A DNA stretch of 64,000 bases, from positions 62,001-126,000 of IMG/VR virus record IMGVR_UViG_3300009545_000018, one strand, 5' to 3'. Numbering within the stretch: the first letter of the stretch is position 1; every line of letters starts with the position of its first letter. The notes beneath the pieces are model-generated. The model saw nothing but the letters and a program-made list of their open reading frames with translations, had not been told where the DNA came from and ran no database searches. Positions 30,890 to 41,780 of the stretch are shown in pieces. A program made the position numbers and the translations under genes.

Positions 30890-31642
30890 TCATAGTAATC
30901 CGCCTTGTAAGTGATTTATAATTTTTGAAGTTGTTTCAGTTAATGGTATAAAGAACTTAACTTGATTATATTTAGTATATAATTCATTACCATACTGTAT
31001 TAGTTTTTCTATTTCTTCTTTAGGGCTATCAGCATTTACAGATAATATTTCATTCTTAAAAATTAAAAATTTACTACTATGTTCAGCATATACCCTAACT
31101 TCATTTTGTTGTTCTGCATAATTATTCATAGCCTTATTTAATTCTTTGGTTGTCTTTGCTAAATATGCAGTATCATTATTTTGTTTAGCAACAGCCACAT
31201 TATTTATCAAATTTTCAAATAAGATATTTTTTTCGGACATTAATTTTCGTATAATTGATTTTTTTATTTCATGTTTTTGTGTAGCAATTCTGGTTTGCAA
31301 CTGTAAACATAGCCCTTCTAAGTTATTTGATTTTTTTATTTCTCTTAGTTTGGTTGCTATTTCCTTATTTTTATTTTGTCTTTCAATAAATTTTGGATGA
31401 TTTTCTAGCTCTAAATTTATCAGCTGTAATTCTTTTTCTAAATCTTGTTTTTTTGCCGGATCTATTTCGTTTTTTAAAAGTTGTAAAACTATTTTTTTAC
31501 GATTTAATAATTCAGATCCATCATAAAACTTTGATAAATATTTTCTTTGTCTTTCTTTTGCTTTAGAACGATATAAAGATCTTTTATTAGGATCCATCAT
31601 AATTTTTTTATATTGTTCTTTTCTTTTATCTATTTTGGGCAT
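30890..31642 (-). CDS. helical protein, duplicate of C-terminal half of 31646-33031
   Basis: shared YRxKAKERQxKYL, LQxRIATQK, YAxQQNEVxVYxEHS, YxQVKFF. Confidence 0.75.
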   Translation of the reverse strand: MPKIDKRKEQYKKIMMDPNKRSLYRSKAKERQRKYLSKFYDGSELLNRKKIVLQLLKNEIDPAKKQDLEKELQLINLELENHPKFIERQNKNKEIATKLREIKKSNNLEGLCLQLQTRIATQKHEIKKSIIRKLMSEKNILFENLINNVAVAKQNNDTAYLAKTTKELNKAMNNYAEQQNEVRVYAEHSSKFLIFKNEILSVNADSPKEEIEKLIQYGNELYTKYNQVKFFIPLTETTSKIINHLQGGLL

Positions 31643-31645
31643 AAA

Positions 31646-33031
31646 TTATAATTTGCTTTGCAAATAGCTAACGATTTGAGATGTTGTATCTACAACAGTT
31701 TTAAAAAATTTAACTTGTTGGTAATTCATACAAAGTTCTTTGCCATTATCAATTAGTGCTTGCACAGCAGGTTTAGCCTCTTCTGGTACGCCAGAATCTA
31801 ACCAACCTAATTTATTTAATTCTTTAACTTGATCTTTGTAAGCTTTGAATTTCAAACTATGTTCAACATATACTTTAACTTCATTTTGTTGATCGGCATA
31901 TGCACTCATTGCCTTATTTAATTCTTTTGTGGCAGCTGTTAATGCTACAGTATCATTTGCTTCTTTAGCTTTTTCAATAGCGTCTAATTGTGGCTTAAAC
32001 ATAGAATCTTTATTGGCTAATAATTTATCAGTTATACTTTGTTTTACTACAATTTTTTGAGTGGCTATTCTTTGTTGTAAATGAGTTAATAAACCATCTA
32101 AATTACCACTTTCTTTAACATTTCTAATCTTTGTAGCAACATCCTTATTCTTATCATGGCGTCTTAGAAAGTCTTTTTGTTTTTGTAGCTCTTGATCTAT
32201 TTCCAATAACTCTTGTTCTAGTTTGTGAGTCTTTTCAACACTAGTTTCATTTTTAAGCATTCTGATAATCAATTCTTTACGAGCTTGTAAATCAGTACCA
32301 GATTTAAATTTTTCTAAATATTTCGCTTGTCTTTCTTTAGCTTTAGTACGATAAATTCCTTTTTTAATAGGATCATCCATTATATCTCTGTATAATTTAC
32401 GACGAGATTCGATATAAGAACGATATTGTGGATGGTTAGGATTTAGTTTTTTTAAAGCCATTAGGTTTTCAAACCAGCGTTTTTTAGCTTCTAAATTTTG
32501 TCTAACTTTATCTCCAGTCCAAGTAATGTTTTTGTCGCCCTTATCAATGCCTTGTTGATTAAACTCTTTAGCTAATTGGGCAGCTTTCATATCAGAAATT
32601 TCAAAGTCTTCACCAGCAAAAGACTTTAATTTATTAGCGGCATCATCATATACTTGTACTACAAAGGTTAAGAAGTCGGCAGGATTAAAGTTTTCGTCCC
32701 ATCCTTGTTCTTCTGTTAGATTAAAGTATGGATTTTTAATGATTCTTTCTAATCTTTTTTCTAGAGTTGTTAAGAGTTCACCAGCATCTTCGAAGTTTTC
32801 TGGGTCTAAATGTTCTGAATCTGTCTTAAGAGTATTCATTAGCTCTTTATATCCAGACATGAATGTCTCAAATTGTTGAAACAGCTCTTCATCTCTAATA
32901 TCATAATCTTCAGATTTGGTTAAAATATCTGCAACTGAAGCTGCTATTTTAACCATATGATACTCAAAATGAGCATCAATGGAGAATTTTTCTATACGAT
33001 TGACAAGTTGTGCTAGTTTATCCATCTTCAC
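31646..33031 (-). CDS. large helical hypothetical protein
   Basis: 461 aa, AAGG SD on minus strand. Confidence 0.75.
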   Translation of the reverse strand: MKMDKLAQLVNRIEKFSIDAHFEYHMVKIAASVADILTKSEDYDIRDEELFQQFETFMSGYKELMNTLKTDSEHLDPENFEDAGELLTTLEKRLERIIKNPYFNLTEEQGWDENFNPADFLTFVVQVYDDAANKLKSFAGEDFEISDMKAAQLAKEFNQQGIDKGDKNITWTGDKVRQNLEAKKRWFENLMALKKLNPNHPQYRSYIESRRKLYRDIMDDPIKKGIYRTKAKERQAKYLEKFKSGTDLQARKELIIRMLKNETSVEKTHKLEQELLEIDQELQKQKDFLRRHDKNKDVATKIRNVKESGNLDGLLTHLQQRIATQKIVVKQSITDKLLANKDSMFKPQLDAIEKAKEANDTVALTAATKELNKAMSAYADQQNEVKVYVEHSLKFKAYKDQVKELNKLGWLDSGVPEEAKPAVQALIDNGKELCMNYQQVKFFKTVVDTTSQIVSYLQSKL

Positions 33032-33082
33032 CTTTAATTCAAAAGTATTCGATTTTATTACCTAAGATGATATATCATTTGT

Positions 33083-33991
33083 ATGAATAAAACAATAAAA
33101 TCTCCTTATTCTTTATTTGGAGGAAAATCTAAAGTATCTTCTATAATTTGGGAAAGATTAGGTGAAGTTTCTAATTATATTGAGCCATTTGCTGGAACTT
33201 TGGCGGTTTTATTAGGAAACCCTAATATTCCAAAAATAGAAACAGTTAATGATATAAATTGTTATATTGCTAATTTTTGGCGAGCTGTTGCTGCTGAACC
33301 GGATAAAGTAGCAAGTTTTGCAGATTACCCATTAACACAAACCGACTTGCATGCCCGCCATAGATGGTTAGTTTCCAGCACCAATGATAATTTTCGATTA
33401 AAAATGGATACAGATCCTGACTTTTATGATGTAAAAATTGCAGGATGGTGGTTATGGGGAATAGGCGCATCTATTGGAAATAATTGGTTAAATTCGAAGG
33501 GGTTAAATTCTATGCCTTTATTGTCTTCCGCAGGGGGAGGCATTCATGGATTAACCAATAATATTGATGACTGGATGCATCAATTACAAAAAAGAATGCG
33601 CCGAGTTCGGGTAGCATGTGGCGATTGGAAAAAAATACTTACTCCATCTATTAGCTTTAATAACAAAGGATTAACTGATAAAGATATAACTGGAATTTTG
33701 TTAGATCCGCCATATGATTTTACTTCAAGATCTAAAGTTTATGATAATGATGAAGATATTTTTCTTAATGTAGTTAAGTGGGCTGTTGAAAATGGTAGCA
33801 ACCCTAGATTAAGAATAGCTTTATGTGGTTATGATGGAGATTGGGGAATTCCAGATTCTTGGGAGAAATATAACTGGAAAGCCAATGGCGGGATGGCAAA
33901 CCTGGGAAATAAACAAGGCAAACAAAATGCTAATAAAGAAGTAATATGGTTTTCTCCTTTTTGTTTAAAGTCAGAAAATGAAATTATATAA
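33083..33991 (+). CDS. DNA adenine methyltransferase (D12/Dam-like)
   Basis: YSLFGGKS, YIEPFAG, DPPY. Confidence 0.88.
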   Translation: MNKTIKSPYSLFGGKSKVSSIIWERLGEVSNYIEPFAGTLAVLLGNPNIPKIETVNDINCYIANFWRAVAAEPDKVASFADYPLTQTDLHARHRWLVSSTNDNFRLKMDTDPDFYDVKIAGWWLWGIGASIGNNWLNSKGLNSMPLLSSAGGGIHGLTNNIDDWMHQLQKRMRRVRVACGDWKKILTPSISFNNKGLTDKDITGILLDPPYDFTSRSKVYDNDEDIFLNVVKWAVENGSNPRLRIALCGYDGDWGIPDSWEKYNWKANGGMANLGNKQGKQNANKEVIWFSPFCLKSENEII

Positions 33992-34932
33992 TAACTTAAA
34001 AAAACATCTTAATAAGTCTAATCTAGAATTAACTCAAGATATGGCATATTATATAGCTCTTGCCATTAAAGAGTATTTGCCTAGCTTTTACGAAAGAGCT
34101 AAGAAATCTGATTGTGATGATTTAAAGTTAGTAAAATATACTGATGCTTTAGATTTAACTGAAGAGGAAATTATAAAGATATTAAAGTATGCTGGTAAAA
34201 TTGGAAATTTAAAAGCTTTTATTTAAAGATTATGAAACTAAAACAAGGTTTTTCTAAAACAAAAATAACAAAAGACATGTATCCTATGTTATTATTTGCT
34301 ATTAAGCAAGTATTGCCAGAATTTTATAATGCATGTTACAGTAGAAGAATGAATGAAACGACTATAATTTTATTCGCCTTAAACGAAAGTATTGATGAAA
34401 TATCTTATTATAAAATAATTGATATCTGTGAAAAATATAAATCTATGCAGGCATTTTCATGACATCAATTAATAAAATTTTAGATTACAAGGCAATAGAT
34501 ATTGTAAAAAATTACCCAATTCTTATTTTAGTTATTAAAGAAATTTTTCCAGACATATATGACAGCAAGAAAATAGAAAATTGGTCTGACTTAACTATTA
34601 TCTCTTATATTTTAAATTTAAAAATAAATACAATTACAGTAGGCAAATTTCTTTTGTTATATGATAGGTATCAAAAATTTTATGTGTTTAGTTAAATGAA
34701 AATTAATACATTAATGTATAGTTGTGATTGGGAAGTTTTATTTCTAGCAATTAGTCAAGTGTATCCAGAAATGGTTATAGAGGCTAAAAAATATTTAGTT
34801 GGAAAATACGGACATTATATTTCAAATGAAACTATTATTGGCTATTGTGCAGTACAAATTGACTCTAGTTTAGATTCAAAATTAGTTGTTGATGTCTATA
34901 ATAGATTATTGAAGTTAAAAAGTTTTACTTAA
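33978..34932 (+). CDS. array of four small KAF-tag proteins (33978-34226, 34232-34462, 34459-34695, 34696-34932)
   Basis: ends NLKAFI, SMQAFS, KFYVFS, KLKSFT; share AIK(E/Q)xxP(E/D)xY-like motif. Confidence 0.7.
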
Positions 34933-34964
34933 CGGGCACTTATATCGATGAAGAAAGAAAAATT

Positions 34965-36155
34965 ATGCAAGTAATATATACTGGTGAAAAAATACCTAAG
35001 AAGATAACGAAATCAATATTTTTGGCTGGACCATCTGCTCGTCCTGGACAAGAAGATGAAGTAGCTCATTGGCGTCATGATGCTATTAAGATCTTAGAAG
35101 ATAAGGGGTTTGACGGAGTAATATTTAGTCCAGAAAATAGGGACGGTTCTTTTGGTAAGGATTTTGATTATGATGATCAAATAGATTGGGAAGATGAGTG
35201 TCTTAATATTGCTGATTGTATTTTGTTTTGGGTTCCACGAGATTTATCACTAGATTCTAATGGTAATTTGAAATTAGGAGGACTTACAACTAATGTGGAA
35301 TTTGGCGCATGGTGTAATTCTGGCAAAGTATTATTTGGTGCTCCCCCTAAAGCAGATAAAGTAAGATATTTACAACGTTATGCTGATACCTATAATTTAG
35401 GTAATTATGAAAATTTAACGGAACTATTACAGGCAGCTATAGATAAATTGGGAAATGGCGCTGAAAGAAATGAGGGGGAAAGATATGTTCCATTAATGAT
35501 TTGGAATACTCCATCTTTTCAATCTTGGTATACAGCGCAAACTAATGCTGGTAATGTCTTAGAGACTGCCAAATTATTATATTCTTTTCGACCCGGGTTT
35601 AAAGACTTTGTATTTCTCTGGATTCTTAAAGTTGAAGTTTATATTACATCAGAAAAAAGAAGCAAAACAAATGAATTTGTTCTCGCCAGAACAGATACAT
35701 CTTCTGTTGTTATGTGGTATCCAGAAGGTGAATCTATTGAGGAGAATTTAGTTGTCTTAATAAAAGAATTTAGATCTCCAGCATCTACGGAAGATGGTTT
35801 CATTTATGAAAATGCCGGCGGATCTTCTCATAATCCAAAAGAAGATGCTTTTGACACTGCTATTGAAGAAGTACACGAGGAGACAGGGCTTATGATTGAT
35901 AGTAAAAGATTAAAATCAATGCAATCTAGACAAGTCTGTGGAACATTATCTTCTCATAAAAATTATTTATATTCTTATCAATTAAATAAAGAAGAATTAG
36001 ATTGGCTAAAATCTCAAGATGGAATTGCTCATGGAGTAGAAGAAGATACGGAAAGATCTTTTGTTACTATTTCTAGTGTGGGAGAAATATTGCAAAGCAC
36101 TAATGTAGATTGGGCTAATTTGGGCGCTATATTATCAGTAATAGTTAAAAATTAA
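34965..36155 (+). CDS. nucleoside 2-deoxyribosyltransferase-like / NUDIX fusion
   Basis: IFLAGP, QIDWE, ILFWVPR, TNVEFG; C-terminal AGG..TAIEEVHEETG. Confidence 0.82.
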   Translation: MQVIYTGEKIPKKITKSIFLAGPSARPGQEDEVAHWRHDAIKILEDKGFDGVIFSPENRDGSFGKDFDYDDQIDWEDECLNIADCILFWVPRDLSLDSNGNLKLGGLTTNVEFGAWCNSGKVLFGAPPKADKVRYLQRYADTYNLGNYENLTELLQAAIDKLGNGAERNEGERYVPLMIWNTPSFQSWYTAQTNAGNVLETAKLLYSFRPGFKDFVFLWILKVEVYITSEKRSKTNEFVLARTDTSSVVMWYPEGESIEENLVVLIKEFRSPASTEDGFIYENAGGSSHNPKEDAFDTAIEEVHEETGLMIDSKRLKSMQSRQVCGTLSSHKNYLYSYQLNKEELDWLKSQDGIAHGVEEDTERSFVTISSVGEILQSTNVDWANLGAILSVIVKN

Positions 36156-36181
36156 ATCTATTAAAAATAACATATGTATTT

Positions 36182-36343
36182 ATGTTATTTGATAAAAGCA
36201 AACATGTTTTATTTAGATGTGAGTCTTGTGGAACAATTGTGTCTGTTGATTTTGAAGACGAAGATGATATTGAAAAGTTAGATGAAAATAAAATTGTATT
36301 AGAGTGCCCTTGTGGGGGAAGTTCCGAGATTTTAAGAAATTAA
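36182..36343 (+). CDS. small Zn-ribbon protein (below ORF-track cutoff)
   Basis: 53 aa, CESC...CPCG. Confidence 0.55.
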   Translation: MLFDKSKHVLFRCESCGTIVSVDFEDEDDIEKLDENKIVLECPCGGSSEILRN

Positions 36344-36433
36344 TTTTATAAATTATTAAGATATTGACAATATTGGCGAGCACCTTAAATTAGAGTGTGC
36401 CTAGATTATAAATTTACTATTACAGAAAATTAT

Positions 36434-36979
36434 ATGACTAATAACTCTTTCATAAATGAATTGTCTCAGTTGCGCCCTAATTCTACCTTTTTAGTCCTTA
36501 AAGGTTATCGAAATTCTTATTCTGAAGTTTCAGATTATAATATAGTTTTTAATGTTAATTATCAAAATGCATTGCAGAAAAGCATTAATTTTCTACAAAA
36601 TTATACGCCCCTTTCTTCTTTAGAAATTCAAGCAAAAGATGAATTAATTGCTAGTTATCAAAAATCTTTAACTAAAATGGAAACAATTCCATTTGAGGAA
36701 CTTGAAGATAATTATCTTCATTTTAAAGATGATAATGGAGATTATATTAAAGGGGTAAAGTATCATTTGAAATCTGATACTATTCATTTATATGGATTTG
36801 TGGTGCATAAAAAAATTATTATCCCAGGCAATTACCCCCAAGTTAATAAAAGGGAATTAACACTTGTTAAAGATAAATTATCTAAACTAACAATCGTATC
36901 AAAATTTAGACAATTTAAGATTGTACCAGAACAATTAGATTATATTAAAGTTAATAAATTAACAATATTTCCTGAATGA
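36434..36979 (+). CDS. hypothetical protein
   Basis: follows TTGACA promoter. Confidence 0.6.
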   Translation: MTNNSFINELSQLRPNSTFLVLKGYRNSYSEVSDYNIVFNVNYQNALQKSINFLQNYTPLSSLEIQAKDELIASYQKSLTKMETIPFEELEDNYLHFKDDNGDYIKGVKYHLKSDTIHLYGFVVHKKIIIPGNYPQVNKRELTLVKDKLSKLTIVSKFRQFKIVPEQLDYIKVNKLTIFPE

Positions 36980-37731
36980 GAACTATTAATAAATCTACAC
37001 TTGACTCTATTAAAATAAGGGTTGAAAAATTTCTTAATAAAAAAGATATTTTATTTTACGATTATGAAAATATGCGAGAAAATATTCTTTTTCTTATTAA
37101 AGAGAATGCTGTTCTTAAAGAAAAATTATTTGATTTAGAACAAGAATTGCCTGATGATAAACGTTGGGAAAACATTTTAGCTTCTAAATTAGAATTAGCA
37201 TTTTTAGAAAATGAAGCTAAAGAGTTCTTTGAAATAAATAATTCTATCAATAATCAAACATATACAATTATCATTCAGAAAAAGTTTGGGAAAACACCTA
37301 AACAACTTTTGAAATCTTCCGAGATTCGTCGTTTAAAAGCAATTAGAAAAATTGTAAGCTTACAAAAGCATATAATAGAATTACAAAAAACTTGCACCGA
37401 TTATAATAATCAAATTGGTGCTTTGACAAACATTGTAAGCAAACCTTTTCAAAATGATGAGTCTGTACGATTATCTCGACAAATTGTTGAGGCTGCGCTT
37501 CTTAAAGCACAACAATTAGCACATTCATTTAATACTCAGTTCATAAAATATGAAACTGTTAAATTACATAAATCATTTACAGCATCTTATTATGAAAGCT
37601 GGCGCCGTGCTTCTGACGCAGAAAGTCAAGTAGAAAAGTTGAAAAACGAAATTAGTAAAATAAAAAGAGTCATTTTGCAAAAGAAATATCCATTCTGTCG
37701 GATATATAAAGGAAGATTAAAGAAAAAATAA
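36976..37731 (+). CDS. coiled-coil hypothetical protein
   Basis: 251 aa. Confidence 0.55.
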   Translation: MRTINKSTLDSIKIRVEKFLNKKDILFYDYENMRENILFLIKENAVLKEKLFDLEQELPDDKRWENILASKLELAFLENEAKEFFEINNSINNQTYTIIIQKKFGKTPKQLLKSSEIRRLKAIRKIVSLQKHIIELQKTCTDYNNQIGALTNIVSKPFQNDESVRLSRQIVEAALLKAQQLAHSFNTQFIKYETVKLHKSFTASYYESWRRASDAESQVEKLKNEISKIKRVILQKKYPFCRIYKGRLKKK

Positions 37732-37823
37732 TTTTATTATTTGCAAAACCTTGACGGCAATATACAATGATTTAACTTGTTTGCCTCACAATTCGTTGAA
37801 TTTATTTCAAATATAAAAGGAGA

Positions 37824-39404
37824 TTGATTATGGTATCTAAAAATTTATTTAAGTCTACAGGTTCAGTTAAGAAAGCAATTAAACCAGTTAATGCTGTTAA
37901 TAATGCGGGCGGTGTGGCTTATACTATGGATGATAAGGCTGCCTTAGCGCAACTTGCCATGACTGGTTGTTTTAATGGAACTTATTATGTTGATGCTAAA
38001 GATCAACTTAATCAAGTTGTTGCTCTTGCTAATAAGCTTCCAGTAGAGTTCGTGGCAAAGTTAGCAGTATATGCTCGCCAAGAAGGTTTTATGAAGGATA
38101 TGCCTGCAGTATTAGCCGCAGTTGTTGCTAGCAAAGATACTGTTCTTTTATCCAAGATCTTTCCAAAGGTTATTGATAATCCAAAAATGGTTCGTAACTT
38201 TGTACAAGTTATTCGTTCTGGAGTAACAGGCAGAAAAAGTTTGGGAACCCGTCCTAAGAAATTAATTCAAAATTATTTGAATTCATTAACTGATGAGCAG
38301 TTGTTTAAGGCTGATGTAGGTAATAGCCCTTCATTACAAGATATTATTAAGTTAGCTCGTCCTAAGCCAGCTACTAAGAATCGCTCTGCTTTGTATGGTT
38401 ATTTGCTAGACAAGGAATATAATCCAGAAGACTTATGTTCCTTGGTTCAAGAGTTTGAATCTTTCAAAAAAGAAATGAGTTTGGATATTCCAAATGTTCC
38501 ATTTCAAATGTTAACAGCTTTGCCATTAACTGATAAGCATTGGAGCAAGATTGCTGAAAATGCAACCTGGAATCAAACCAGAATGAATTTAAATACTTTT
38601 GCTCGTCATAAGGTATTTGAAGATGCTACTACTTTAAACCTATTGGCTGAGAGATTAGCTGATTCTTCACAAATTGCAAAAGCAAAGGTATTCCCATATC
38701 AATTGTTTGCTGCATTTAAAAATGTAACTGCAGATGTTCCTAAGAAATTAACTAATGCTTTACAAAAAGCAGCGGATGCTTCGCTGGAAAATATTCCAGC
38801 TATTGAAGGTGAAGTTCACGTTTTAGTTGATGTATCAGGCAGCATGAGTAGCCCAGTCACTGGTAATCGTGGTTTTGTCACTAGTACTATGCGTTGTATT
38901 GATGTAGCAGCCTTAATGGCTTCTGCATTAATGCGCAAGAATGAAGATACTAAGGTATATCCATTTGATACTAGAGTTCATAATCATTCATTGAATCCAA
39001 TGGATTCAGTGATGACTAATGCGGCAACTCTTGCTGCATTTGGTGGTGGAGGAACTGATTGTGGTATGGCGTTAGAGAATTTAAATAAGCAGAAAGCCAA
39101 AGGCAATCTTGTTATTTATGTTTCTGATAATGAGTCTTGGGTAGATACTACTCCTAATTCCTATTATTCTCAAAGAGGTACTAAGGTAATGGAAGAGTGG
39201 AATAAATATAAAGCTCGTAATCCAAAAGCCAAATTGGTTTGTATTGATGTCACTCCTAATAAAACCACTCAAGCTCATAATAGAGAAGATATAATCAACA
39301 TTGCAGGATTTTCTGATCAAGTATTCGATGTTATTGCATTATTCCAAAAATTTGGCAATAATAAAGATCTTTGGGTTCAAACCATTGACTCAGTAGAAAT
39401 GTAA
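37824..39404 (+). CDS. rsr: Ro60 / TROVE-domain RNA-binding protein
   Basis: NNAGGVAY, LAQLAMTG.FNGTYY, YARQEGFMKDMP, MNLNTFARH, vWA DVSGSM, GGGGTDC, SDNESW. Confidence 0.93.
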   Translation: MIMVSKNLFKSTGSVKKAIKPVNAVNNAGGVAYTMDDKAALAQLAMTGCFNGTYYVDAKDQLNQVVALANKLPVEFVAKLAVYARQEGFMKDMPAVLAAVVASKDTVLLSKIFPKVIDNPKMVRNFVQVIRSGVTGRKSLGTRPKKLIQNYLNSLTDEQLFKADVGNSPSLQDIIKLARPKPATKNRSALYGYLLDKEYNPEDLCSLVQEFESFKKEMSLDIPNVPFQMLTALPLTDKHWSKIAENATWNQTRMNLNTFARHKVFEDATTLNLLAERLADSSQIAKAKVFPYQLFAAFKNVTADVPKKLTNALQKAADASLENIPAIEGEVHVLVDVSGSMSSPVTGNRGFVTSTMRCIDVAALMASALMRKNEDTKVYPFDTRVHNHSLNPMDSVMTNAATLAAFGGGGTDCGMALENLNKQKAKGNLVIYVSDNESWVDTTPNSYYSQRGTKVMEEWNKYKARNPKAKLVCIDVTPNKTTQAHNREDIINIAGFSDQVFDVIALFQKFGNNKDLWVQTIDSVEM

Positions 39405-39412
39405 GCAGGTAT

Positions 39413-39733
39413 ATGCAAATGAAAATTGTTGAGCATAGATTTGGAAAATATACAGCTCATGAGCCGCAAGAATGTTATTTTGCCGTAGTGGAACCAAATA
39501 TGGAAGATTATCCGCCCGTACTTATTTTTATTTCAGATAAAGAGACTTGGGATAAAAATAAATATACTGGGGATGTTAAGTTTGAAGACGGAATTCTTCC
39601 AGAAGAATTTGTGGAGTGGGTAGAGTCTGTTTATGAATCAAATTCTACGTCGCAAGAAATAAAAGAGGCTTTACTAAAAGTAGGCTTTACTTATTGTCAA
39701 GAGATGGAGTCTTGTATAGAAGAGTATAATTAA
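39413..39733 (+). CDS. acidic hypothetical protein, paralog of 41131-41436
   Basis: ECYF..EDYP..WDKN motif. Confidence 0.6.
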   Translation: MQMKIVEHRFGKYTAHEPQECYFAVVEPNMEDYPPVLIFISDKETWDKNKYTGDVKFEDGILPEEFVEWVESVYESNSTSQEIKEALLKVGFTYCQEMESCIEEYN

Positions 39734-39737
39734 ACTA

Positions 39738-40061
39738 ATGAAAACCATGTTGTTTGAAAAAACTATTAATTTAGTTAAAACTTTAAGAGAAACATTCACA
39801 ACTCGATGTTTACATAATCAAAAATTGCCCCTTTTTAGTTGGTTACATAGAAATTCTAGTAACTTTTCGAATGAAGAGTTTGAAGAGTTTTGGAAATTTT
39901 TAGTAATTTTATTTAAATATAAATATAAGGATATGAGCTTATTTTATGAAGCAGGAGAGTCTCCATTAGAAATGTTTGATTTTAGAGCAAACAAAGATCA
40001 AATCAATGACTTTATTTCTTTATTAGAAAATAAAATTAATAAATTGAAAGCTTTTATTTAA
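39738..40061 (+). CDS. small KAF-tag protein
   Basis: ends KLKAFI. Confidence 0.65.
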   Translation: MKTMLFEKTINLVKTLRETFTTRCLHNQKLPLFSWLHRNSSNFSNEEFEEFWKFLVILFKYKYKDMSLFYEAGESPLEMFDFRANKDQINDFISLLENKINKLKAFI

Positions 40062-40897
40062 TGATTAAAAGAAATGGTATTGAAATTAAGACTGCCCAAG
40101 CTCCAAATATAGTAGCAGCAAAAGATACTTTAAATATTCTTAAGAATAAAAATTATCTTGTTAAAGATAAGATCATAGATATTTCAGTGGCATTAGATAA
40201 TTCAATTAAAAATACTAAGTTATATTTGCCAGAAGATTGTTTTAATAGTAAAAATAATTTAATTAAACCTACTATAGAGGTAACAAATGAAACTACTACC
40301 TCTGCTGGGTTAAGATTATTAAATAGTGGTTTAGAAAATATTGTAGCTTTGAATTTTGCCTCAGCTAGAAATGTTGGGGGCGGATTTTTAGCGGGGGCAG
40401 TTGCCCAAGAAGAAGATTTGTGTCGGTGTTCTGGATTATATCTTTGTATTAAAAGCAAACCTATCTTTTATAATAAAAACATTTTATGTGATGATACTTT
40501 CTATACTAATCATATTATTTACTCACCCAATGTTCCTTTCTTTCGTAATGATAATCTAGATCTTTTAGAAGAGATATTCCACATTTCTATTATTTCTGCG
40601 CCCGCACCTAATGTTAGAGCTATGGAGAATGTTGATGAAGATAATTTAAGAAGCATATTAGAAATAAGGGCAGCTAGAATTTTACAGATTGCTATTGAAA
40701 ATAATCATGAAAATATTATCTTAGGAGCTTGGGGCTGTGGTGCTTTTGGTAATGATTCTAAAATGATAATTGAGGTTTTTCAAAAGGTATTAAATAGATA
40801 TCCTCATTTCAAACATGTTTGTTTTGCCGTCTTTGATAATAAAATAAATGCCCCTATTTTCAATGCATTTAAAGAAGCATTTGAAAATAATGAATGA
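40061..40897 (+). CDS. TIGR02452 / bacterial PARG-like ADP-ribose glycohydrolase
   Basis: LNFASARNVGGGF..GAVAQEEDLCRCS, LGAWGCGAFGND. Confidence 0.9.
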   Translation: MIKRNGIEIKTAQAPNIVAAKDTLNILKNKNYLVKDKIIDISVALDNSIKNTKLYLPEDCFNSKNNLIKPTIEVTNETTTSAGLRLLNSGLENIVALNFASARNVGGGFLAGAVAQEEDLCRCSGLYLCIKSKPIFYNKNILCDDTFYTNHIIYSPNVPFFRNDNLDLLEEIFHISIISAPAPNVRAMENVDEDNLRSILEIRAARILQIAIENNHENIILGAWGCGAFGNDSKMIIEVFQKVLNRYPHFKHVCFAVFDNKINAPIFNAFKEAFENNE

Positions 40898-41117
40898 TTT
40901 TAAAGTTGGAGATTTTGTTAAATTGGCACTTGTAGCTAAAGATGTTATGCCTTTAAATTATTCTCTGTATCAATTTAGTATTGGTAAAATTACTCATATA
41001 CAATATCATGTGATACAACAATGTAATTATATATCAGTGTGTTGGTCTAATGACACCAGAACTTATGTTTATATGGATAAACATTTAGTTAAAACAAATT
41101 TAAAAGCTTTCGTGTAA
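40890..41117 (+). CDS. small KAF-tag protein
   Basis: MNDFKVGD...NLKAFV. Confidence 0.65.
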   Translation: MNDFKVGDFVKLALVAKDVMPLNYSLYQFSIGKITHIQYHVIQQCNYISVCWSNDTRTYVYMDKHLVKTNLKAFV

Positions 41118-41130
41118 AGGAAATATTAAA

Positions 41131-41436
41131 ATGAAAATAGAAAATGATACAGAAATATATGTTCCAAATGAATGTTACTTTGGAATTGATGAAAGTGAAG
41201 ATTATCCAACGACCGTTCTTATTGTGAATAAAGATTATTGGGATAAAAATCAATGTACCAACGAATCTATTGGAGATCAATCGTTTGAATCAACTATTAT
41301 TCCAAATGATTTTTATAATGTTATGGAAGCCACTTGGGAAACCCAAATGCCTATGGAAAAAGCCAAACTAATTTTAGAGAAATCTGGTTTTACTTTTAAT
41401 AAATCATTATCTGAGTTTGTAGCAGATTATGTATGA
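41131..41436 (+). CDS. acidic hypothetical protein, paralog of 39413-39733
   Basis: ECYF..EDYP..WDKN motif. Confidence 0.6.
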   Translation: MKIENDTEIYVPNECYFGIDESEDYPTTVLIVNKDYWDKNQCTNESIGDQSFESTIIPNDFYNVMEATWETQMPMEKAKLILEKSGFTFNKSLSEFVADYV

Positions 41437-41720
41437 TACCACAAGAATTTCATAATAAAGCCATAGAAATACTTACAAAATGGAGGAAAACTCCTTGTAT
41501 GTATGCTTCTGATTATGAAGCTTGGATGACTATGGTTCTTGCAATTATGGAATTTGTTGATGTAAGAAATGAATCTCCTGGATTTTTTAAAAAACATATA
41601 GGTACTTATGGTAATTCATATCTAAATTTAGATAAGAAATTAGATGATGAATGGGCTCATAAAGTTATAGATGAAGCAATTAATATTATTAAAATAAATA
41701 AATTAAAAGCTTTTATTTAA
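41433..41720 (+). CDS. small KAF-tag protein
   Basis: ends KLKAFI. Confidence 0.65.
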   Translation: MIPQEFHNKAIEILTKWRKTPCMYASDYEAWMTMVLAIMEFVDVRNESPGFFKKHIGTYGNSYLNLDKKLDDEWAHKVIDEAINIIKINKLKAFI

Positions 41721-41780
41721 ATTTATTTTAAATAACTGAAGATATATTTTTTCTTGCACTTCATTGGCAAGAGGATATTT

